Assembly: GCA_017625775.1 (NCBI GenBank) | Contig: JAGAKE010000012.1 | Location: 29,120-93,119, forward strand | From: Fibrobacteraceae bacterium | Lineage (GTDB): Bacteria; Fibrobacterota; Fibrobacteria; Fibrobacterales; Fibrobacteraceae | Direction of reading: 5' to 3' | DNA: 64,000 nt | Shown: positions 8,836 to 15,847 of the stretch, piece by piece | Layout of the letters: every line of letters begins with the position of its first letter | Numbering within the stretch: position 1 is the stretch's first letter | The notes under the pieces: generated by a model | What the model was told of the DNA's origin: nothing | What the model saw: the letters and a program-made list of their open reading frames with translations, nothing else | Databases searched by the model: none | Position numbers and translations under genes: made by a program

Positions 8836-9864
8836 TTATACGATTTGCTTAACAGCGTATACCAAATTCAGCAGATTCACACCCACAACTGGCTTATGCA
8901 AGCTCTCATCCATTTCATTAAACCCTCGGTCTATAAAATCCTTTCGCCATTTTTGCAGGCCATTATACCATGACGGACGGCAGCATGCATTTTGTGATTT
9001 TTGAAGACAAAAGAGGACAGCAATGTCCAAGAATCGTTTGTTTAGGTATTTTTTTAGACTTTCAAGAAATTTCTTAACATGGATATTAGTGTCGTCCGTA
9101 TAAGTCAAGGCCCAAAAACTTTTATTATTGGCATCAATACCTAATGTCATACCGATTAGGGGTGCAAGGCTTTTCATATCTTCATGAAACAATACCGTTT
9201 TCTTGTCGATGGTATGAGAAGGAACCCAGCCTCCAGTACACATCACAGGAGCCATTACATCAAAGCTAAAGACAATAGCCTTGACATCTTTATTTGCATT
9301 TTTCGTAGAAAACGCTTTCTCGCACACACTTATTTCTTTTTTCAAGTCGTTTAAGGCTATAACATCTCTTTCTTTCGTAGTTTCCACCATATCGTATAAA
9401 AGGTTTTTGTCAGCACCGTCACTAGAAAGAATTTTTTCAAGAAATTCAATGGATGCTTTTTTATGAAAATATTCATAGCTCATCGCCCTATAATGCAACT
9501 GAAGAATAACTTCGTCATTAAAAGAAGTTATAGGCTTGTCAATCAAATTAAATAACTGCGTATCATGACAATTGCAAAAGCCTTCGAATGTAGACGCTTT
9601 CTGAATTGTCCAAGGCTCAAATAACGTTTTTTGAGTACCTCCGCTTTCATCCATTAAATGAAAACATTTGGAAATGCTGTTGTTCCAAACACAGACTTTG
9701 TCATTTTCAGCAATACGTTTTAATTGTTCCGATCTTGCAATAGAATGAGATGTAATCGGCTCGCCCGAACAATGCGCAGCATCAAAATTATGCGCAATAC
9801 AAATCTGGTTCGCCTTAATTTTCTTATCTAAATCTTCAAGCTCTTTTCTTGTCATATTTATCAT
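8836..9864 (-). CDS. hypothetical Cys/His-rich protein
   Basis: The ORF is open from a TTG at 9885; the ATGs at 9864 or 9855 are more likely starts. It contains CIAHNFDAAHCSGEPITSHSIARS and FEGFCNCHDTQLF clusters. No family recognised. Confidence 0.65.
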   Translation of the reverse strand: MINMTRKELEDLDKKIKANQICIAHNFDAAHCSGEPITSHSIARSEQLKRIAENDKVCVWNNSISKCFHLMDESGGTQKTLFEPWTIQKASTFEGFCNCHDTQLFNLIDKPITSFNDEVILQLHYRAMSYEYFHKKASIEFLEKILSSDGADKNLLYDMVETTKERDVIALNDLKKEISVCEKAFSTKNANKDVKAIVFSFDVMAPVMCTGGWVPSHTIDKKTVLFHEDMKSLAPLIGMTLGIDANNKSFWALTYTDDTNIHVKKFLESLKKYLNKRFLDIAVLFCLQKSQNACCRPSWYNGLQKWRKDFIDRGFNEMDESLHKPVVGVNLLNLVYAVKQIV

Positions 9865-9900
9865 ATATGTTATAAGAAATGTCAATGACTATTTAACAAT

Positions 9901-10746
9901 CTACGCTCTTTCAATTTTCCACACGCCTATCCCTGTTCGGGAAGAATCACTAACATCTTTGGTACACCTAAAAAGTATTGTTTTTAAGCTTTTTATTTGT
10001 TGAAAGTATTTATCTATACTACCATATATATCATTATATTCTTTTGATAATTTATAGTGGCATCCTTTTTCATCTTTAAACGCATCAATCCTGGATTTTA
10101 TATCTGGATTATCAAACACTAAAATTTTTTCTGCTTTTTTATCATCCATAGCATTTTTTACTTCAACGCCGTTACCATCTTTCAAATCTTTTGTTGTATC
10201 ATTTTCAAATATAAACATTTCTTCATAGGGATTTATTTTTGTAGGAACTGTTTTGTTTGCCGGCGCTATAGAAGGTCCATCTAGATTTGGGTTAACGGGC
10301 TCCTTTCCAAGATTTTTAAAATTCCGAATAAACTTCGATTTTTCGCCAATCATCATAAAGTAGCATTCCATATTATCCGAAACAGTATTTAATCGGATCA
10401 AATCGTTAAACACTCGCTGTATTTCATCGGGATTTCCTGTATAATTGTCTCTGGCAAATTTAAATTCGAATACATAATCTTTTCCATTCACACGAAAATA
10501 CAGATCAAAATCCCTATCATAAAACGCATCTATTTTCTTTTCAAACTTTATATCACCTGTATATTGAGCAAGATAATCTGCTATAGGATACTTTATGGAT
10601 TTTTCCTCCAAAATTAATTCTCTATTCACGGCAACATGATAAGAAAACCAAGACACAGCAACATCAATCAAATCCTTGACATCAAATGGTTGGCCCGGCT
10701 TAGTAGGAGGATTACTTTTGTTTTCAGATTTAGGATCATCAGCCAT
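9901..10746 (-). CDS. PD-(D/E)xK-like nuclease-fold protein (putative)
   Basis: DRDFDLYFRVNGKDYVFEFKF gives a D-x12-E-x-K pattern (codons 10459-10506), preceded by an E-rich helix (ILEEKS). The ATG at 10746 overlaps the upstream stop (TAATG). Confidence 0.65.
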   Translation of the reverse strand: MADDPKSENKSNPPTKPGQPFDVKDLIDVAVSWFSYHVAVNRELILEEKSIKYPIADYLAQYTGDIKFEKKIDAFYDRDFDLYFRVNGKDYVFEFKFARDNYTGNPDEIQRVFNDLIRLNTVSDNMECYFMMIGEKSKFIRNFKNLGKEPVNPNLDGPSIAPANKTVPTKINPYEEMFIFENDTTKDLKDGNGVEVKNAMDDKKAEKILVFDNPDIKSRIDAFKDEKGCHYKLSKEYNDIYGSIDKYFQQIKSLKTILFRCTKDVSDSSRTGIGVWKIERA

Positions 10747-11237
10747 TATCTTACCCAAGCTATATCATTCAATCCAACAATCACAACACGAACATACGGA
10801 TTTTGTAGCGATGAATCAACAAATCCATTGTAAGAACGCCCATGAACTACATACATGACAGCATCATCCAAAACTTGCTTAGGATTTGGAGTCTGGGGAG
10901 GAATATAAAGAATATGCAATTCAGAAAACACTCCTGTAAAGGGATTATTCCATTGCTCCGCATAATGCCTCACAGCATTATTATTGGGTAGAGGATTATA
11001 GTGCAAAGTGTTTATTCCTCTAATAATAAGGCGAAGCCAAGGATCATCAAGCCATTCTTCCACAAATTCATAATATACAGCATCTTGAATTTGCGGCTGG
11101 TTAATTAGACCTTGAATAGCATTATTAATTGAAGGTGTTGGATTTTGAACATACGGGCTTTCAGAAAAAATTGCAAAGTCCACCATATGGCCAGGCTCCT
11201 GATTATATCCATGAAATCGTCTATAGAAAAATTGCAT
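10746..11237 (-). CDS. hypothetical protein (first gene of the four-gene operon)
   Basis: 163-aa ORF with a strong AAAGGAG RBS 6 nt upstream of the ATG. No motif recognised. Confidence 0.6.
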   Translation of the reverse strand: MQFFYRRFHGYNQEPGHMVDFAIFSESPYVQNPTPSINNAIQGLINQPQIQDAVYYEFVEEWLDDPWLRLIIRGINTLHYNPLPNNNAVRHYAEQWNNPFTGVFSELHILYIPPQTPNPKQVLDDAVMYVVHGRSYNGFVDSSLQNPYVRVVIVGLNDIAWVR

Positions 11238-11321
11238 ACTAGCTCCTTTATTTTACTTAACTCATTTTAATCTTGATTTTATCATTGCTAATAAAATCCA
11301 AAAGACAATCTAATTGATTTT

Positions 11322-12584
11322 TCATAATCCGTCCTTTTTCTTCCCCACCTCAACCTGGCCGTTCATGAGAAGCGGGAGGAGTTTGTCACGGAGGGTGGTT
11401 AGGCGAGAGATTTCTTTCACCTTGTTAAATTGAACATCAAAGATGGGAGCCACCTTTTCTTCAAAAGTGGCAATCAACTTTTTTGGCGGATAAAGAATTG
11501 CGAATCGACCCAATTCATCTTTTGAGACTTCTTTAAATGTGGTTCCGGTTCCCAGATTTTGGATTTGCGGAATATGCTGCTGAATCGTGTAATAAAGATA
11601 CTTAGAATCAGTCATATCGTTAGGAACCATATTTTTAAATCCCTGATTTGTGCACAAATCACATTGTGCTATAGAAAGAAGCCCTATCGGAGCTCTGCTT
11701 GACATTACAACCGTCCCTTTTGGAACCATTGTCGTGCTGCAAGAATCGTAGCCAGCTTGGGTTATGTTCCTTGCACCTTGATAAACGAATTTACAATTCT
11801 GGTCAGATAAATCTTTGGGCGTTATCCAAACAATTTCACCGCCGTAATTTTCTTCTTCAGTCGTAGACGGCGTTGAACCATTGAATATCTTGGTAATATC
11901 GCAGATTTGCTTTACTTCCCAGCCCACAGGGATTTCGCGTTTGAGGGTGGGGTTGTAGGTCATGGGGCCGCCGGTGGTTTTGTAGGGGCGGCCGTTTTTG
12001 TCGGGGAAATCGTATTGGACGAACCAGTAGTCGTATAGGCGTTTTGCCATTGCTTCGAGTTTTTGGTTCATCTTTTTGTTCAGGGCGATTTTGTCGTCTA
12101 ATGCTGAAAGTACGGAGGCGATTTTCTTTTGCTCTGATAATGGAGGGATGCACAACTCTAACGCTTTTATTCCATCTTGTGACAAATTATCTCTTGCTGA
12201 ACCTGTACTCAATCCAACAAGATAATTATACATCGTATCTAGTTTGTATTTTAAAAAGCGAGGCAACAAAATATCCTGATTTGGCATAATCGCGCAAATC
12301 GCCTGGTTTGTGCATGCTTCAAACTCAAGTAAAGACGCCTTACCTGCAGTTGCTCCATACATTGCCAACAAAACTGTTTGCGGAGGAAACAATTTGGCAC
12401 TTGAGTTGTCATACCCTTTTTGAGTGATAAAATTACTTGTAGTGCTAATAAAAGGATTATTTAATTCCCCGCTATTTATCCAAGGAATATTCCCATTTTC
12501 ATAATATTCTGCGACTGTAGATTTGGGAGTCCCTCCAGATCCCGTTTTCGCAATATCACCCAATTTGTATTTCGTCATTTCCAT
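11322..12584 (-). CDS. hsdS: Type I restriction-modification specificity subunit
   Basis: Two target-recognition halves are separated by a conserved IPPLSEQKKIASVLSALDDKI...LEAMAKRLYDYWFVQ spacer, and the C-terminus has RDKLLPLLMNGQV. The ATG at 12584 has a GGAAAGG RBS. Confidence 0.9.
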   Translation of the reverse strand: MEMTKYKLGDIAKTGSGGTPKSTVAEYYENGNIPWINSGELNNPFISTTSNFITQKGYDNSSAKLFPPQTVLLAMYGATAGKASLLEFEACTNQAICAIMPNQDILLPRFLKYKLDTMYNYLVGLSTGSARDNLSQDGIKALELCIPPLSEQKKIASVLSALDDKIALNKKMNQKLEAMAKRLYDYWFVQYDFPDKNGRPYKTTGGPMTYNPTLKREIPVGWEVKQICDITKIFNGSTPSTTEEENYGGEIVWITPKDLSDQNCKFVYQGARNITQAGYDSCSTTMVPKGTVVMSSRAPIGLLSIAQCDLCTNQGFKNMVPNDMTDSKYLYYTIQQHIPQIQNLGTGTTFKEVSKDELGRFAILYPPKKLIATFEEKVAPIFDVQFNKVKEISRLTTLRDKLLPLLMNGQVEVGKKKDGL

Positions 12585-12588
12585 ATTC

Positions 12589-12639
12589 AAACCTTTCCTA
12601 GATCCTTCGACTCCGTTGCACTCCGCTCAGGATGACACC
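12589..12639. repeat. 51-bp direct repeat, copy 1 (hsdS leader)
   Basis: aaacctttcctagatccttcgactccgttGcactccgctcaggatgacacc is identical to 13086-13136 except for one base. Confidence 0.9.
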
Positions 12640-12644
12640 CCGAG

Positions 12645-12926
12645 TTACCTTCTTCCTGCCTTTTTCCACAGATATCTCGCCCTTGCGATTTCCATCTTGC
12701 TATAACCATATAAAGAGATTGGTGCGTCGGTCACACCCATTGCATCTAACTCAGCTTGAGCATCTTCACGTTCCCTTTTTGCCATTTCTTTTTTTGCAAG
12801 TTCCTCTTTTTCGGCTTCATATTTCCGCTGCTGTTTTAAAATGACAAAAGGAACTATAATTGCACCGATTGCAGCAACAGCCGCAATCAAAGAAATCAAG
12901 CCAGAATAGTTATTCAGAATTTCCAT
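12645..12926 (-). CDS. small membrane-anchored coiled-coil protein (hypothetical)
   Basis: 93 aa with an N-terminal hydrophobic helix LISLIAAVAAIGAIIVPFVIL followed by a charged KE-rich segment. It sits between the two 51-bp repeats. Confidence 0.45.
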   Translation of the reverse strand: MEILNNYSGLISLIAAVAAIGAIIVPFVILKQQRKYEAEKEELAKKEMAKREREDAQAELDAMGVTDAPISLYGYSKMEIARARYLWKKAGRR

Positions 12927-13085
12927 CTACATTTCCATGAACGCCGTTAGGCGTGAACAAATCCGTGTGGCATTATCGGGGCGTTGCGGGGTGTCCCCGC
13001 TAGAAGGGGTAGCGAGCAACGGAGTGCGAGCGAGGGGGAGACTTCCCCCTTTGTATATCCTTTCAATTTCATAACCATCTTTACT

Positions 13086-13136
13086 AAACCTTTCCTAGAT
13101 CCTTCGACTCCGTTACACTCCGCTCAGGATGACACC
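13086..13136. repeat. 51-bp direct repeat, copy 2
   Basis: Same 51-mer as 12589-12639 with a G>A difference. On the minus strand it is followed by a 43-aa stub ORF (12947-13078). Confidence 0.9.
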
Positions 13137-13149
13137 ATCGTCATAGGAG

Positions 13150-13170
13150 ATTCCCGGTCAAGCCGGGAAT
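13150..13170. repeat. REP-like hairpin containing the hsdM stop codon
   Basis: attcccgg / tcaag / ccgggaat: an 8-bp stem and a 5-nt loop. The hsdM TGA (13158-13160) lies in the loop. Confidence 0.7.
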
Positions 13171-14810
13171 GACAATGATGCAAGCTGTTTCTGTATTTCC
13201 TTCTCAAGTTTGTGGCTTTCGGCGAACATGGCGGCGAGTTCTTCGGTGTCGGCCTTCATTTGTGAATTAAATTCTTCTTCCGTAATATCCACATAATCAA
13301 TTTTGATGTCAAAATACTGGCCAGCGCTCAAACTGTAGCCTTTTTCTTTGACTTCGTTGTAGGTTACGACTACACTGAAGTCTTCGACGGCTTTGGCCTT
13401 GCGGAATGTGCTCACGATTTTTTCTATTTCGTTGTCTTCTAAGCGGACTTTCTTGAGGCCGTTCGCATCCTTGTATTCCTTACCAAGTTTGCTTGCATCA
13501 ATAAGGGTGACTTTGTCGCTGTCGGTCTTTTTCTTGCTCTTGTCGAAGAAGAGTACGCTTACGTTGGTGCCAGTATTTGCAAATACGTTGCTTGGCATGC
13601 TCACTACGCCATAGACGATATGTTCGTCAACGATGCGTTCCAAAATTTTGCGCTCGATGCCGGATTTCGCGGTGATGAACCCGGTGGGGATAACGATGGC
13701 GCCCTTGCCGCCTGCCTTGATGCTGTTTACCACGTGCTGGATAAAGCAGGTGTAGATGGCCATGCTTTCTTTTTTCTTGTTTGGAATTTTTGGGACGCCT
13801 GCCCAGAAGCGGGCATTCCATTTCTTCTCGATGTCGTCGCGGGTGTCGCTGAAGTCCATCTTGAAGGGCGGATTGCTCACAACATAATCGAACTGTTTGA
13901 GGCTCTTGCCGTCGTCGCTCTTGTGGTAGGGTTCCAGGAGGGTATCGCCCTGCACGGCGTGATCGAGGCTCGAAACGAGTCCGTTCAAGAGCAGGTTCAG
14001 CTTGAGCATTTTGTTACTGCGCTGCGAGATGTCTTGCGCAAAGATGGTGCAGCGGTCTTCGCCAATCTGGTGGCTGAGCGCCATGAGCAAGGTGCCGGTG
14101 CCTGCACTGGGGTCGTAGCATTCTACGTTGTGCAAGTCGGCGTTGTCGCCCACCAAGAGGCGGGCCATGATTTTCGCGATGGCCTTGGGGGTGTAATATT
14201 CGGCGTACTTGCCGCCGCCCGCGGTGTTGTAGTCCTTGAGCAGGTATTCGAAGATGTCCGAGAAAAAGTCGTAGTGTTCGGCGAAGGCGTCTTCGAAGCT
14301 GAAGTTCACGAGCTTATCGACAAGGGCGCGGGCGAAGTTTGCACGCTGGGCGTCGTCGGTCACGAAGATGGTGAGCTTTTCGAAGATGGGAATTTTCGTC
14401 TCTTGCGCGGTCTTGGTGTAGAATACGTCCAGGTTGTCCTTCGCGATGGCGACCATGGTCTCGTCAAAAATCACGTCGAAATCGCCCTTGGCCTGCTTGT
14501 TCCAGAGGTTTGCAATCAGGTAGTCGGGCTTGAACACCGGGACTTCGGGCGGCAAGAACAGGCTCACCTTTTCGCGGTCGGCTTTGGAGAGTTTCGCGTA
14601 TTCCTCTTCCCACTTTTCGGACTTCTTGAGGGCCTTCAGGCAAGGGTCTTTGATTTTCTTGAGTTCATAGCCGAACTTGTCGGCCATAAACTTGTACAAA
14701 AACACCTGAGTGATAATCTTGTATTCGTTGCCGTCATTGCCCATGCCGTACGTTTGGCAAGTGGCCTTGAGAGAGTCGATCAGAGCTATGGTTTTGTCTT
14801 TGATGTTCAT
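13158..14810 (-). CDS. hsdM: Type I R-M N6-adenine DNA methyltransferase subunit
   Basis: Catalytic NPPF (VVSNPPFKMDF) and SAM-binding-like DPSAGTGTLL. The N-terminal region is HsdM_N-like. Confidence 0.95.
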   Translation of the reverse strand: MNIKDKTIALIDSLKATCQTYGMGNDGNEYKIITQVFLYKFMADKFGYELKKIKDPCLKALKKSEKWEEEYAKLSKADREKVSLFLPPEVPVFKPDYLIANLWNKQAKGDFDVIFDETMVAIAKDNLDVFYTKTAQETKIPIFEKLTIFVTDDAQRANFARALVDKLVNFSFEDAFAEHYDFFSDIFEYLLKDYNTAGGGKYAEYYTPKAIAKIMARLLVGDNADLHNVECYDPSAGTGTLLMALSHQIGEDRCTIFAQDISQRSNKMLKLNLLLNGLVSSLDHAVQGDTLLEPYHKSDDGKSLKQFDYVVSNPPFKMDFSDTRDDIEKKWNARFWAGVPKIPNKKKESMAIYTCFIQHVVNSIKAGGKGAIVIPTGFITAKSGIERKILERIVDEHIVYGVVSMPSNVFANTGTNVSVLFFDKSKKKTDSDKVTLIDASKLGKEYKDANGLKKVRLEDNEIEKIVSTFRKAKAVEDFSVVVTYNEVKEKGYSLSAGQYFDIKIDYVDITEEEFNSQMKADTEELAAMFAESHKLEKEIQKQLASLSFPA

Positions 14811-15836
14811 TTAATTTCCATTCCATTTTACCAGCCAAGAACCTGTCTTGTTGCTGCCAATACGTTCGATGATTTGTCTTTCTTTTAACGCTGCCAAAAT
14901 ACGCTGGATCTGGCGAGCACTCATTTCCAGTTTTTCGGCCATGGATGCCGCCGAGAGCGAAGAATCTCCTCGCAACATATCCAAAACCTGTCTTTCTATA
15001 TCGTTTACTACGACATTTATTACGACATTTTTAGGCTTTATTACGACATCATTAGCCATAGACCGCTTAAATTCGTCTATTTCCTGCCGTAAATTAGCCG
15101 CATGCTCTCTGAACAGGAAGTCACAAATAATGCAGACATCGTCATTTTCGCGAGACTTCTGTAACGCCATAATGTATTCAGCCTTATTGGTCGCAATAAT
15201 TTTTGAAGGCACTAGTCCAAATTCCATCTGCAAATAGTTCATAATCAGGCGAGACATTCTACCGTTGCCATCGACCCACGGGTGAATCGACACCAAGTAA
15301 TAGTGAGCGCAAAAGCTCAACCGATAAAGGGCAGCAATATCCGACTTATCAACTTGCGAGCGTTCCTTGTTCAGCCAGTCGCAAAAATCCAAAAGCCGCG
15401 CTGGGACCTTTTGAAAGGCAAGGTAAGATGCCCCGCCCACCCCAGCCGTCACATTCACAAGACGGAGTTCCCCTTTTGATGAATCAAATTCGCCAAACAC
15501 CGTATTATATTTTGAACCCGTACTATGCATGACGATTGAAGACAGATGCTTCAAAAAATCAATGTCTATTTGAGGATGTTGCGGAGCTACCTTAATACAT
15601 TCGTCGTAGGCGGCCTTAAGATCTAGGTTCATAAGTTGTTCTACCATAGAACGACCCTTAGCAGAGATTCCCTCATCAAACAATAGTCTATTTTCGATTT
15701 CGGTGACAGTAGAACCTTCTATTGCAGTAGAATGGGTAATCAAGGAATACAGATAGAACTTGTTATAATCGATTTGTTCATCTATACGAAGCGCCTTATA
15801 TTCGCCTAGAACATCAAGAAGTTTTTGTTCGTACAT
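14811..15836 (-). CDS. Fic family protein with C-terminal winged-HTH
   Basis: Fic motif HPWVDGNGRMSR and upstream inhibitory-type motif STAIEG. The C-terminus is MarR-like (LSAASMAEKLEMSARQIQRILAALKE). An AGGAG RBS directly follows the hsdR stop, and the Fic stop abuts the hsdM ATG. Confidence 0.9.
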   Translation of the reverse strand: MYEQKLLDVLGEYKALRIDEQIDYNKFYLYSLITHSTAIEGSTVTEIENRLLFDEGISAKGRSMVEQLMNLDLKAAYDECIKVAPQHPQIDIDFLKHLSSIVMHSTGSKYNTVFGEFDSSKGELRLVNVTAGVGGASYLAFQKVPARLLDFCDWLNKERSQVDKSDIAALYRLSFCAHYYLVSIHPWVDGNGRMSRLIMNYLQMEFGLVPSKIIATNKAEYIMALQKSRENDDVCIICDFLFREHAANLRQEIDEFKRSMANDVVIKPKNVVINVVVNDIERQVLDMLRGDSSLSAASMAEKLEMSARQIQRILAALKERQIIERIGSNKTGSWLVKWNGN

Positions 15837-15847
15837 GCCGTTCTCCT

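Noticed and set aside
12523-13172. Plus-strand ORFs 12523-12705 and 12984-13172, which share the peptide FKPFLDPSTPLHSAQDDT
   Set aside because: The shared peptide comes from reading through the two copies of the 51-bp repeat. It is not evidence of paralogous genes.
13620-14888. 422-aa plus-strand ORF
   Set aside because: It lies antisense to the well-supported hsdM and Fic genes in a GC-rich stretch. Its product is a low-complexity A/G/V/E/H-rich sequence with no motifs, which is typical of a shadow ORF.
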